A stretch of 64,000 nt of DNA. Origin: Antedon mediterranea. Its lineage: Eukaryota; Animalia; Echinodermata. The DNA is taken from positions 15,686,001 through 15,750,000 of the forward strand of contig NC_092672.1 in NCBI RefSeq assembly GCF_964355755.1, read 5' to 3'. Shown one piece after another: positions 11,911 through 24,597 of the stretch (its first letter is position 1; each line of letters begins with the position of its first letter). The notes beneath the pieces were generated by a model. It was not told the origin of the DNA. It ran no database searches and saw only the letters and a program-made list of their open reading frames with translations. The translations under genes were made by a program, and so were the position numbers.

Positions 11911-12951
11911 TACAGGACGAACAATTTCTCAACAAAATTAATCAGATAATAGATGGCTGTTCACGGCAATTCTATTTTCTTAATAATATAGAAATCTGGG
12001 AACTAATTAAACAAATTCAACAACTAAAGGCTAAACTAATGAACAATGATAAAGATGAATATGTGAATACATAAATTGAAATTAAATCTAAAGAATTAGA
12101 GGATATATATGCCTATGAGGCAAAAGGGGCTCAAATTCGTTCAAGAGCGAAATGGGTAGAAGAAGGAGAAAAGAATTCCAAATAAATAACGGAAAAAGAA
12201 AACAAATAAAAGATTTTAAAAATCTGACGGAACAAGCGCCACAAAAACTAAAGATATCCTGATTGAAGAAGTCAAACACTTTGAAAAGTTGTATGCAAAA
12301 GAGGACATTATTTAAATTTAATAGACGTTCCAAAGTTAACACACCTTGAAAAGGGGTTATGTGAAGGAGAATTAACCTCCGTAGAATGCGAAGAAGCGAT
12401 ACGGAGTATGAAACTAAATAAAGCGCCCGGTACCGATGGTCTCACGATAGAATCCTATCAGATATTGTGGCCCAAAATTGGCGTATCAAATACGCAAAGA
12501 AGGGGAGTAATAAACTTAATATTTAAAAAAGGTGATCACGAAGACCTAAATAATTGGAGACCCATAACCCTCTTAAACACTGACTATAAAATTGCCGCCT
12601 TTGTTTTAACAAAAAGGGTACAAAATGTTATTAAAACAATTGTGAGTAATGATCAAAAAGGGTACATTAGAGGCCGTTTTGGTGGTGAAAACATCAGATT
12701 GATCGAAGTATATGGATACTAGCAAGTTAACAGGGGCATTATTAAGTTTAGACTTTAGAAAAGCCTTTGACACAGTAGACAGAACTTTTCTTGTTAACAC
12801 TTTGTACCATTTCAATTTTGGACCGTCTTTTATTGCATGGGTCAGAGTTCTATATGCTGAAACAGAATGTATTATTTTAAACAATGGATGGTGCTCAAAA
12901 AGCTTTAAAATGTTTAGAGGTAGGCCTATAAGACAAGGTTGTCCTTTATCT
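11911..12951 (+). mobile_element. Tx1/L1-like LINE ORF2, 5' part, decayed
   Basis: GAQIRSRAKWVEEGEK, KAPGTDGLT, NWRPITLLNTDYKI, LDFRKAFDTV and IRQGCPLS, with frameshifts. Confidence 0.88.
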
Positions 12952-13173
12952 CATCATTCGCGGTACTATATACGTACCATTTATTTGTATCAACAACAAA
13001 ATAATACAGTATTTCTTTCACAAGAATATTTCTATAAACTTATTTGATACAAAACGGGTATGCAATGAGCCGAAGCTCTTAAACGCATTACCCTATAATA
13101 CAGATATCTAATTAGCAAATAAAACAATAAAAGTACAAATAGAAATAAAAAGTAAAAGTAACAAAAGTGAACT

Positions 13174-16152
13174 CTACATGAGTGAGTATTTATTTATTAA
13201 TAGTTGTTGTATTTCCTTTTTAAATTTTCCGATTTTAGTTTCACACTTTATGTTTTCAGGTAAACGGTTCCAAATATTTGCCCCTCTATAGGCAATACTT
13301 CTTTGTCCTATATTTGTTCTTTTTAGAGGAATACGGAAATCACTCTTCTTCCGCGTACCATACTCATGTACAGATTCCATTTTTGTAAAAAAAGAGTTAA
13401 ATGAAACTGGTAAATTGCCCATACGGAATTGAAACATAAATACAGCAGTGTACTTTTCATACAAGTCAAAAATATTCAATAGGTTTTTGTTATAGAATAA
13501 ATTTGCTGATGGATGCTGATAATGCACTTTACATATAATTCTGATCGCTCGTTTTTGAAGTATATGTATTCTCTGTAGCTTTGTTGCCCCCGCAACTCCC
13601 CAAATAGTTATTGCATATATTAGGTGAGGTAAAATTAACGAGTTGTACATTATTAACAAAACATCTGATTGAACAATATATTTAAGTTTGTTCATTACAC
13701 CAATGACCCTTGCAATTTTCATAGTAATGATATCTATGTGATCATGGAATGTTACAAACTCATCAAGAATGACACCTAAGAACTTAATTTTACTAACTCT
13801 TTCAATTTCAACATCATTAATAAATAAAGTATAGTTATTGGTATCTTTTTTCTTATACATGCTTCTAAATTCGATAAACTTGGTCTTCTTTGTATTCAGA
13901 CTCAATTTGTTTGCAGTAAACCAATCACTTAATTTACTTAATTCTGTATTTAAAGTGTTAATTAAAAGGTTTATATCTTTGTGCTTAAAAAATACGTTAG
14001 TATCGTCAGCAAAAATGACAAATTCTAAATATTTACTACTTTCAACAATGTCATTTGTATAAATTATAAAAAGTAACGGCCCAAGAATTGAGCCTTGTGG
14101 TACTCCATATTCAATCAGTTTTAATTCTGATTTACAATTTCCCATGTGAACATATTGTTTTCTCATATATAAGTAGCTCTTAAACCATTCAAGAACAATG
14201 CCCCGAATACCATAAAATTTGAGTTTTTGTAAGAGAATCTCATGATCTATCGTATCAAATGCCTTAGAAAGGTCTAGGAAGACGCCGATACTTATCATTT
14301 GTTCATCTATTGCTGAAGTAATTTTTTCTATTGTTTGTGAAAGTGCATGACTCGTAGAGTGGTTTTTTCGAAAACCAAACTGTGATTTATTAATGATGTT
14401 AAGTTTGTCAAGGTATTGAGTCGTTTGATCATACACAACCCTTTCATAAATTTTAGAAATACAAGGCAAGACTGAAACAGGTCTATAATTTGTTATGTCA
14501 TTTTCATCGCCACCCTTAAATATAGGCACAGTTCTGGCAATCTTTAATTCATCTGGAAAGCAACCAGTTGTCAATGATATATTAACAATATGTTTAATCG
14601 GTATTGTTAGGCATTGCGAAAATGGTTTAATATAACGAGCACCAATTCCATCATTACCAGGTGACTTACTTATATCTAGATTATCAATATATTTCTTAAT
14701 GTCATGTTCATTTACTGGCCTAATAAACATAGAATTGGCGTAATTGCCAGACATTAACGTTAGTGGATCTATTCTATTACTTCTTTTATTTTTTATATCA
14801 GTTGCTATATTTTTGCCAATATTAATAAAATATGAATTCATTGCTTCCGCTTGATCTTGTTCATTGTTGTAATAGTTTGTATTTAAGAACATCTTTGACG
14901 GTTTTCCCGAATTGTAATTTTTTCCTAATAAATTGTTAATATTTCGCCATGTTTTTTTAGAGTTATTTTTATTTTTCTCAAATTCTTCATTCAGGTAATT
15001 CGTTTTTCTTAGTCGTATTAGTTTAGTTAATTTATTTCTGTAGTTAGTGTATTTAGATTTTCTATAAAGTGTCGGATTTTTTCTATACAAACTGTATAGT
15101 TTTTCTTTCTTACGAATTGATATTGCAATACCTTCAGTGATCCACGGAGATTTATTTATATTTGCTCTCACGTGTATATTTTTTAAGGGAAAGCATTTAT
15201 CTATCAGTCTATTTAGTGTGTTATGAAAGTTAACGTACGACTCATTTGCATAACAGCTGCTAATTACATTCTCCCAGTCTTGCCGTTCTAGTTCAGTTCT
15301 GAATAGTTCTTGATTGCGACGGGAGTAGCTACGCTGTAACTTATATTTGTGTACATGTTTTGTTGGAGTCTTAACCGATTTATTTATGCAAAAGATAGGA
15401 TAGTGGTCTGAAATATCCGTATAAATTATTCCTGATTCTATCTGATGATATTGCTGTGAATTCGTAAGAATATTGTCGATTATTGAAGCTGTGTTTGCTG
15501 TTACACGTGTTGGCTTGTTTATGATAGGGATAAAAGAATGTGAGAAAAGGGTATCTGTATGCATCTGTACGTTACTTTCTGTGTGATTAGCTAAATCAAT
15601 ATTATAATCTCCTACGAGATATGAATCTTTATTTTCACTATTAATAATGTCCATAACTGTACCCAATTGTTCGTTAAACTTTTTAGAACATTTATCCGGG
15701 GGTCTGTATATGACTCCATATACAATGTTCTTATTTTGATGTTCAACTTCAACAAATAATGATTCTGATTGATCCATCATAGCCGAGAGATCTTCTCTTA
15801 TAGCATAGTATGCATTGTCAGGTAAGTATAATCCAATTCCGCCACCCCTTTTATTATGTCTGTTTTTGTAGATAAATCTGTAACTTGGTAGGCTATACAT
15901 ATTAGGTATATCATTTTTCGTTAGCCATGTTTCAACTAGAGCTATACAAGAAAATTCTCGGTTTAATGAGGATATAAACTCACTTATGCTATCAAACTTG
16001 TTTACAATACTCCGACAATTCAGACATAGTATTGAAATAAAATTTTCTCTATCAATATTAAATTTGGAGACAAAATCGTTAACAAGATAGTAATTAGTTT
16101 CTGTAGTTCCTATTGTTTCATTTTCGTACTCATGTAGACTATTATAAAACAT
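13174..16152 (-). CDS. LINE ORF2: APE endonuclease plus reverse transcriptase (992 aa)
   Basis: Endonuclease motifs LNCRS, VETWL, IYRPP, GDYNID, IIDNI, SDHYP. RT motifs NYRPVSVL, QFGFR, FLDLSKAFD, GVPQGSILGPLLF, FADD, KFLGV. Confidence 0.96.
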   Translation of the reverse strand: MFYNSLHEYENETIGTTETNYYLVNDFVSKFNIDRENFISILCLNCRSIVNKFDSISEFISSLNREFSCIALVETWLTKNDIPNMYSLPSYRFIYKNRHNKRGGGIGLYLPDNAYYAIREDLSAMMDQSESLFVEVEHQNKNIVYGVIYRPPDKCSKKFNEQLGTVMDIINSENKDSYLVGDYNIDLANHTESNVQMHTDTLFSHSFIPIINKPTRVTANTASIIDNILTNSQQYHQIESGIIYTDISDHYPIFCINKSVKTPTKHVHKYKLQRSYSRRNQELFRTELERQDWENVISSCYANESYVNFHNTLNRLIDKCFPLKNIHVRANINKSPWITEGIAISIRKKEKLYSLYRKNPTLYRKSKYTNYRNKLTKLIRLRKTNYLNEEFEKNKNNSKKTWRNINNLLGKNYNSGKPSKMFLNTNYYNNEQDQAEAMNSYFINIGKNIATDIKNKRSNRIDPLTLMSGNYANSMFIRPVNEHDIKKYIDNLDISKSPGNDGIGARYIKPFSQCLTIPIKHIVNISLTTGCFPDELKIARTVPIFKGGDENDITNYRPVSVLPCISKIYERVVYDQTTQYLDKLNIINKSQFGFRKNHSTSHALSQTIEKITSAIDEQMISIGVFLDLSKAFDTIDHEILLQKLKFYGIRGIVLEWFKSYLYMRKQYVHMGNCKSELKLIEYGVPQGSILGPLLFIIYTNDIVESSKYLEFVIFADDTNVFFKHKDINLLINTLNTELSKLSDWFTANKLSLNTKKTKFIEFRSMYKKKDTNNYTLFINDVEIERVSKIKFLGVILDEFVTFHDHIDIITMKIARVIGVMNKLKYIVQSDVLLIMYNSLILPHLIYAITIWGVAGATKLQRIHILQKRAIRIICKVHYQHPSANLFYNKNLLNIFDLYEKYTAVFMFQFRMGNLPVSFNSFFTKMESVHEYGTRKKSDFRIPLKRTNIGQRSIAYRGANIWNRLPENIKCETKIGKFKKEIQQLLINKYSLM

Positions 16153-16531
16153 AACTTAGATGATTATTCCTACTCTATATAATTGTATAGTGAATAACCT
16201 TCTCTGTGATGTATTTAGTCTCGAAAAGACAAGTTAAACGGTAAGTACAAGGTAATAAGAGGTAAGTATAAACATAATACATACATACATACATACGTAC
16301 GTAACCCGTAAAGATACATATACATACATACATACATACATATACAAACACTCATATATTGTATATACACATATTATTAACGAGGATATGATTATTAAGG
16401 CATGTAATTTGTTGTGAGTACCTGTGTGGTTTGGTATAAATACAGTGGAGGTACCATGATCTGTCCCATAATCTGTCCCATAATCTTAACTAAAATTACT
16501 AGTAGACAACTATGACATTATATCAGAGAAG

Positions 16532-17317
16532 TCATTGTTTGTGTATCATGCCATTTATGTATAATTTTCCATTTCTAAATACCGGTTTCCTCCCTTCGTT
16601 GTATGCCTTAGTCATCACGTCTCTCAACCTTCTCTTCTCTTGAACGTCCGCCCAAGGTAAGTCTTCTGTTACGAAATAGGTGTGCTTCCGTCTCAACAGT
16701 TGTTTTGCCGATTTTAGTACTTTATATTTTTGAGGCCTATATAAAAATTTGGCAATAATTTGCCGAGGCTTACCGTTCTGCATTTTACGTCCAGTACGAT
16801 GTGCATTCTCGATGTTCACTTTATCATGAATATTCAGCTTGTCTTCAATAAAATGTTTCAGGACCGTAAAAGGATCTTCTTCATTATTTTCTTCGATTCC
16901 ACCAAACCGTAAGTTAAAACTTCTTGAATACCTTTCAAGTTGTACAATTTCTTGTTTAATCGTTGTTAACGAGCCTTGGTATCCTTCAACAGTGGATGAC
17001 AGCGTTTCATTTTCTTTAAGTTTCTCAATATCCTTCTTGTTTTGATCACTTAATTCTTGGGCAAATAAGATGGATGCCTCCATAGTTTTCTGGATCGATT
17101 CAACTTTGGTAAGTCGACTTTCAACCTTGTCTAATCTCGCCAAGATGGTAACTTGGTTTGCTAGTATAGCGTCAAGCTTCTCATGCATTGTTTGTATTTG
17201 GCGCCCGTCGACATCATGTGATTCGGGATCCTGTGATTCTGTTTGTTTACCTTCGCAACCAGGTGGGCTAGCGTTATCTTTCACATTTTGTTTGTCTTTT
17301 CTCGGCATTTCGATCAA
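16532..17317 (-). CDS. LINE ORF1, coiled-coil plus RRM (L1 ORF1/Transposase_22-like, 261 aa)
   Basis: Heptad-rich N-terminal half, then RSFNLRFGGIEE, IENAHR, RQIIAKF, VTEDLP and KLYING. Upstream of and co-oriented with ORF2. Confidence 0.88.
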   Translation of the reverse strand: MIEMPRKDKQNVKDNASPPGCEGKQTESQDPESHDVDGRQIQTMHEKLDAILANQVTILARLDKVESRLTKVESIQKTMEASILFAQELSDQNKKDIEKLKENETLSSTVEGYQGSLTTIKQEIVQLERYSRSFNLRFGGIEENNEEDPFTVLKHFIEDKLNIHDKVNIENAHRTGRKMQNGKPRQIIAKFLYRPQKYKVLKSAKQLLRRKHTYFVTEDLPWADVQEKRRLRDVMTKAYNEGRKPVFRNGKLYINGMIHKQ

Positions 17318-17463
17318 TCAGCGTAAGTATGTTGTTTAACGGTAAGTAAATATTAATTACCTATAGGTTTTCACTGATGTAATCAACAATTGACGATGTT
17401 TTTTAACTGTATTTTAAGACTGTTCACAGAGAGAGAGAAATTCGCTTGTTAACGCATTGCAGG

Positions 17464-18830
17464 TCTGCCCTTCTGTTCATCTTGGTTGCTGAAATTATGG
17501 CGTTAAAGATAAAACAGGATAAAGTAATTAAAGGTATACTTTTACCAAACCCAGTTGTCGAGGTCAAAATTGCACAACTTGCATACGACACGGTCTTATT
17601 TATAAAAGATGAGAACAGCATAAAAAATGTATTGATGCTGTTATCGAATTTGGTAGTGTATCGGGGTTAAGACTCAACAAAGAAAAAACAAATACCATGT
17701 GGCTTGGAAAATTGAAGAAAAGGACAACCTATTTGACATTAATTGGATTTCTGAAGGTTTTAAAGTTCTAGGTATTTAATATTGGCCATGACAAAGAATT
17801 TTGTTTTGCTAAAAATTGGTCCGAAAAAATCCATTCGTTACAAAACACGCTTAAATCGTGGCGAAAAAGAAATCTGACCATTTTTGGAAAAATAATTATC
17901 TTAAAGACACTTGGCCTGTCGAAACTTGTTTATGTTGCAAGTATTATTGACACGCCTGAAAGTGTTCTAAAACATGTTGATAACATAATTTTTGACTTTT
18001 TGTGGGATGGAAAAAGAGAAAAGGTTAAAAGAGTAGTTCTTATGAACGAATATTAAAGCGCGTGATTTCAGGTCACATGTGAAATCTTAAAAAATATCTT
18101 GGCTTTAAAGATTGTATAACAATGAGGATTCAAAGTGGAAATGTCTGCCAAACACGTATTTCAATAGAATAGAATATTAATGATATTGTAATTGAGAATA
18201 GGTTTATTAACGCAAATGAATTACTTGATATGCTTAGGTATAAATCAAACTGGATTGTAGAATGGCAAATTGTATTAAACGCAATTCCAAAAGAATGGAA
18301 AGAGAAAATATTTTTAAGGGATAAAGACCAAAAGCACTCAAAAACAACACATGTTCGATGTTTGAACATGAGAGTAGCAAACAAATATGTTCTTTCTTTA
18401 TTAAGGAAAAATGTCTAGAACCATCCAAAAGTAAAACAAAGTGGGAAACATATTTTAACATAGAGAACGATTGGTCTCTAGCATGTAAAAGAAAAATTAA
18501 AAATATTAAAGATAATAAACTTAAACAGTTGAACATCAAACTACTGCATTGTATAACACCTAGAAGGCTCTTAAAATGGAAAGTAAGTAAAACCCTTATG
18601 GGATTATATTAACGTTTACACCATGCACAAATTTGGGATCGAGGCAACTTATCGAAACATTGTGCTAGGTACAGGAAACAATTATATCGACCACATGTTC
18701 TCTATTGGATGCTTCTGCATTTACAAAGCACATACTTTAAAAAATGTAAACAAATGGACCGGATCACTGTCTCGTCTTTTTATGGCGGAAAAAAATATTA
18801 GATCTTACCTTAACCGCCTGTTATAACTTA
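17464..18830 (+). mobile_element. Tx1/L1-like LINE ORF2, 3' part, decayed
   Basis: Resumes at SALLFILVAE, then AQLAYDT (decayed YADD), WRKRNLTIFGKIIILK, FDFLWDGK and KLKQLNIKLLH. Confidence 0.85.
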
Positions 18831-18972
18831 TATTCATGTGAATCTGATTATTTAAAATATATATGTATGCATGAGAATAGTTATGTACAGATATAAATAT
18901 ATAGATATTTACATAATATTTTTGTATAATACACATAGGCAGCTTCATTTTATCATATATGAAGTATGAATT

Positions 18973-19086
18973 AACAAGGCCATAAGTCGCGTGCTAAAAC
19001 GCATAGTGATACCGGACCGACAGACAGACCGACAGACCGACCGACAGACAGTGAACTATAGAGTCGCGTCAACGCGACTAAAAAAA
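18973..19086 (-). mobile_element. Short HINE/DINE-1-like copy
   Basis: Reverse complement of both termini of 6887-7692, joined through one microsatellite block. Confidence 0.8.
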
Positions 19087-19371
19087 TTGTATAAATTAAT
19101 ATTGAAAACAAAAAAGAAACGTAACGCAACAAAAGTAACGCACGAGAAGATAAGCTAACAAATATAACCATGAGACATAAAACTAGACACAGGAGTAAGA
19201 AAAGCATTTTTAATATTTTTGTTTAGTTTTTATATTCGTATTTTAAAATAATGTATATAGTCTGTATATAGGGTATAAATGAATTATATATAAAAAAAAT
19301 ACATACCGAAAATAATTATATAACATTAGTAAATGTATCGTCTACAGTACATTTATTAGTTAAGTGTTTAC

Positions 19372-22300
19372 GAGAGCCAGTCACTAAAAATCAAACATTA
19401 GGTGGCAAGGGTCAAAATTTCGAATTGGCTCATATTTTGCACATTGGTAGATCTTGACCTAAGTAAACCTGATGTGTAGATTGTTTGGTAAAATATCGCT
19501 TAGTTTTCGAGAAAATCGAAAAATAACGATTTTCGGCCAATTTTGTTAATTTTTGGTGTATAATTTACATTAAGTTTAACAGCCTCTGGAAGCCAAACGT
19601 AGCAACCTAGCGTTTTAATATTTTACACTTGCGTTAACTAGCATCTTGACAATAATTTAGTAAAGTTTCAAAAAATTTGATGAAATTTTAAGATTTTGAC
19701 TAATTAATTACTAATTAGCATATATAAAACTCTTAAAAAGTAGGGTAAAAACAAACGGGTTTTTTTTCATGTGCGACGAATTTTTGTAAAATAAAAAAGT
19801 CATCAATCTAAAGTTTAGATACTAATATTTATGAATCAAGTAAAACAAAATTGGGGAAACTATTTTGCGCTCCGCGCCAGAGCCACAAAGTTGTAAGAAA
19901 TTCAAAGATTTTATCTGTCGGCAAGATCAATCAGATGTACCTATTGTTCTCTATTTAGCAATCTAAGTCGAATTAAGCCAAACTTTTATTACGAGAAACA
20001 AACTTGAAAGATAAATTTTGAATTAAGTTGCAATTTAAACACAAACTAAAAATACATTTCTGGTAAAATTTCAATTACTAACCAATATACGAAATTAAGC
20101 AATTAACTAAAAATCACTCGCTTATTCTTTTTCAAACCACATTATTATAAATTATTCCATCCTCTCATAGTTTATAGGATAAAACTGAAAAAAACAAATT
20201 TGTTTTAACTTGTTATCGTTTTCCTGTTTGTCGAACCTGGTCGAACTTACTCAACGAGAATGTTTCAAAACATTAACCACAGTAGACAAAACACTTTACT
20301 GCGTATATTCGATAGATAACGATATCTTCATTGACGTTGACAACGGAACAGATTTGTTATCCATTTTAGTTTATGTCTTACAATGTAAAGACGTGTTGAA
20401 AATAATTCTTATATATAATTATTGTCTGATGGCTTTAATGTTCTTTTAAATCGGTTGTCGGCGGAGCTTGTGGATTCGATAGAAAAGACCGCAAACAGAG
20501 CACTGAAGTCCTACCTTTACAAGCATGCCAGAAGGAAATCGCTGCACACAGATACATGTTTAGGTTTACGGGCATCGATAGTGAGTGGTACTATTTGTGC
20601 AGCAGGGAAATAGAAATAAAAGGAGTCACATCAACAACATAGAGCATGGAAGCAGGTCCATGAAGGTGTGGATGGCGTATGGTGTTGTTGCAGGACAAAA
20701 TCTACTTTTGAGTAAATTCTGTGTGCCTTCGAAGCTACCCAATTTAATTCATAACCAAGATACAACGTCTGATTAAAATAAATCAAGTATCATCGATTGC
20801 AGTAAAAGCAAGAATACAAGCCAAGACATCTCATGAAGAACAAGCTGATATAAAAGACGACGAACAAATAGAAAGAGAAGAAAGTCCTGGCACCCTCAGC
20901 AAACTGTTCTTTTGTCGAGAACAAGGTTGCATTAGGTCATATCAGAGGTACTCTTCCCTAGAGAAACACTTAGATTATGAAAATCACAAGAACGCACTAG
21001 AACATGAAACACTTTATGACAGGGCAATGAAATTAATCAACACAACTAGAAGAGGGTACTTCTAAAAATCCAGAACCAACAAGAACCAACGATTTGCCAC
21101 GGTTTGACATTGGCCCCAAACTGCAAATGGGCTGGGCGTTAAAGTCCTCTGCAAAAAAATCCCGATTTTCTGTACCACAGAAAACCTACCTTATTCATGT
21201 TTTTGACGCTGGAGAGCAGACGGGACAGAAAGCTGATCCATGTGATGTCTCACGAGAGATGAGATCGGCCAGGCACAGCGATGGTTCACATCTATTTAGT
21301 AGCAAGACTAAATTTTTAACAGCAGATTGCAAGTTTTTTCTCACACTTGGCTAAAAAAAGGAGGACAGATGCAGCCGTTCATGATGATGATGATGACGAA
21401 GATGATGATTACGATAGTAATGAAGATGGTGACGAAGTCGAAGAAAATGGAGACGATTCAAAAACGGAAAAGGAAAGAGAAATTCAACTTTTGTCGCAAA
21501 CCGTACTGGACACAATAGACTTGCAGCATCCAATAATGTTTGAATGCATAATATTTGTGAACTGAAAGCTCAAGAAAAACTCTCCAGATTCTCTTTGCCA
21601 ATGTTGCAAGAAATGTGTACTTCTCTTGAACTTGATACCACAGATATAACCATAAAGCGCAAGAAGCCATACATTGATTTGCTGGGAAAGATGGTTTCCA
21701 TGTGCAGTGTGATTAGGTAGCAATGAAGGTAAAACTATGTCTGTAAGAATTCTTTAAAATAACAATTTAATATGTGGGACGATTCTGTAAATTTTTAATA
21801 AAGCGAAGGGATGAAACAATGGTTTACAAGTTTACCAACAAGTTATTGTTTAGGCTACGAATTATTATGAAATTTCGCACGAGCACATGAACGTTATCGG
21901 ATGTCACCATTCTACTCATTTGCATAACAACAGAGTTCAGTGAACATTTGCGTTAACGTACTTGCTCGTTTTGATTTCGCGCTTCGATGGGAAGTGTAGA
22001 ACGCAACGCATGTGTAGCGCACGCAACATACGCCACACGTATTAAAACAAATCATGGAATACCTTGGGTTTAGCCTAGCCAGGCATGTTTAATCATGTTT
22101 TGGTTAACGTTTTCATTTACGCTATTTTTTAAAAATAAGGTTGGAAAATAGCGTTAACGTGCTTGTGCGAATACTCCCTATATGAGAAGATAAGAACATT
22201 ATCAGCCTGTTTTCCACTAGGCGAAATTATTCGCGCAAATCAAACAGTTTCGCGTATACGCGCACGTCAAAGGGAACACTTTGTTGATAAAAATAAACTG

Positions 22301-23177
22301 CACATGCGCGCGTATAGTGCAAAAAATAATAATATTATTATTATTATATTATAATAATAATAAGAATAAATTCACCTGGAAAATATAATAGGTGATGAAG
22401 CTAAGCGAGTTATAATATTGAGCTCAGATAGTAATTGCTTAATTTCATGGGTCAGTCGTTTAAATTTGACTAGAAATTTATTTTTAGATGTTTATATATT
22501 AAAACGTAATTCCAAATTATTCAGGACCTTTCAGTTTACCTTTAAAGCTTGTTTCTCGTAGTAAAATTTACCTTAAATCTGTAAATAGAGAACAATAGGT
22601 ACATCTGATTGATCTTGCCGACAGATAAAATCTTTGAATTTCTTACAACTTTGTGGCTCTGGCGCGGAGCGGAAAATAGTTTCCCCAAATTGTTTTTACT
22701 TGATTCATAAATATTAGTATCTAAACAGTAGATTGACGATTTTTTTATTAAAAAAAAATTCGTCGCACATGAAAAAAAACCCGTTTGTTTTTACCCTACT
22801 TTTTAAGAGTTTTATATACGCTAATTAGTAATTAATTAGTAAAAATATTAGAATTTCATTTAATTTTTTGAAACTTTACTAAATTATTGTCAAGATGCTA
22901 GTTAACGTAAGTGTAAAATATTAAAACGCTATGTTGCAAAATTTGGCTTCCAGAGGCTGTTACACTTAATGTAAATTATACACCAAAAGTTAACAAAATT
23001 GGCCGAAAATCGTTATTTTTTCGATTTTCTCGAAAACTAAGCGATATTTTACAAAACAAACTACACATCAGGTTTACTTACATCAAGGTCTACCAATGTG
23101 CAAAATATGAGCCAATTCGAAATTTTGACCCTTGCCACTAAATTACGAATATGTCTGATTTTTGGTGACAAGCACTC
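19372..23177 (+). mobile_element. Internally deleted Sola3-like DNA transposon with TIRs of about 600-750 bp
   Basis: 19372 to about 19960 is a close reverse complement of about 22580 to 23177. GAG..CTC termini and a ttac duplication. Internal decayed transposase C-terminus (VWMAYGV, FCREQGCIRSYQRYSSLEKH, GWALK, GEQTGQKADP). Confidence 0.75.
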
Positions 23178-24515
23178 TTACAATTTTAGATGTTGAGAAT
23201 TATAGAACAAAAATAAATATTAGAAAATTATGAAAAAAGGGTGGATAACAGAAAAGAAATATTATAATGTTCTGATTCTAAGAACAGTAACATTGATAAA
23301 ATCACATAATGCAAAATAAATATATATATATAAACAAAAGTGAGAATAACAATGAAATAGTTATTATTATTATTAGAAATAATTGTATTAATCTGTTGAA
23401 GATGAAATGAATAAATAGTGGTTAACGCCACAAAAGAGAGAAAAAAAAAATTTATATCTGATCACGAATCAATTTCTTTTCATTTAAGATTTTATAAGTG
23501 TAAACATTCGATTTTTTTAAATTTACGGGACCCACAACGTGTTTTAATTTTTTAGTATGATGAAAATGAATGAATTGAGCAAATAAATATAGGATTTGGA
23601 AGAACATTTGGCACATAGAAGCGCAGTGTGCGCGCTCTTTAAATTGTTAAACTTTGACGAAAGAGATGACAAAAATACTTTTTAACTTCTTCTACTGGCC
23701 ATATGATGACGTCTAGGCATTCATTTTTTATGAATTCATATCTACATTGCATCTGCTTTCATAATTAATTATAATCATCAACGGGTCACCTTTTATTATG
23801 AAGAGCTGTAAGATGTTCAATATACTGTCTAGGTGAAATTACACGACCTACGTTATTCAAGTTTTTACGCGTGATGACGTCATAAAAATGGTGTCCACTC
23901 ATAAGATAATTAATTTCAGTAAGCACTTATTGACATTTGAGGAAAAATCGAGTCCAAATAAACAAGATGCACTTTGTTGAATGTGATCTATGACGAAAGA
24001 GAAAAAACCTAATTTTTCAATTAATGTGGTCATTAGATGTCGTGACAAAATGTTGTACGTCGAATGTATACATGAATTCATATCTACAATTCAATGGCTT
24101 TCAGAATAATTTACAACAATTGGGGGTCAATGTGCATTTTAATATAAACTTATTTTCGCTTTAAAAATGCCTTACAATCTTTGCTAAGGATGGTGATTAG
24201 AAGCAAAGATCTTATAGCCGAAGGCTAGATCTCCAATTTTATCGCAGTTAGAAAGGTATTCTCCATGGAGACCCAACAAGATGGCGGCTGCAACAAACCA
24301 TTCGATACGCCCCTACGCAGCCACGCAGTAAGTATTTTTTACATTCTCCATCACCGTAACGATACGAATTCTATATGATCCTCGTATACAAAAATTACTA
24401 GAAATTATTCATTCCATTGTGATAAACAATATTATATTAAATTTATAAAAACTTTAACTGTGCTTTAATAAGAATATTTGTTTATTTTGGACTTAGGCCT
24501 ACCTGTGCAACACGC

Positions 24516-24597
24516 TAAAAAATTAAAGACGTGTTCAAATTTAGGGTGTTGTATAAACACAGCCACAACACCCTTTGAACACGTCTTTAATTTTTAG
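24516..24597. repeat. Near-perfect palindrome (MITE-like remnant)
   Basis: taaaaaattaaagacgtgttcaaa pairs with tttgaacacgtctttaattttta, with an inner gggtgttgt/acaacaccc stem. Confidence 0.75.

Larger units (their letters stand above)
12952..17463 (-). mobile_element. Apparently full-length intact LINE (CR1/L2/Crack group)
   Basis: Two uninterrupted ORFs and a 3' UTR stem-loop. It interrupts the Tx1 motif QGCPLS|ALLF, with tct on both sides (12949-12951, 17464-17466). Confidence 0.9.

Noticed and set aside
21327-21565. Poly-Met, poly-Asp or poly-His ORFs as host genes
   Set aside because: These are alternative frames of a (gat)n acidic tract in the decayed transposase tail.
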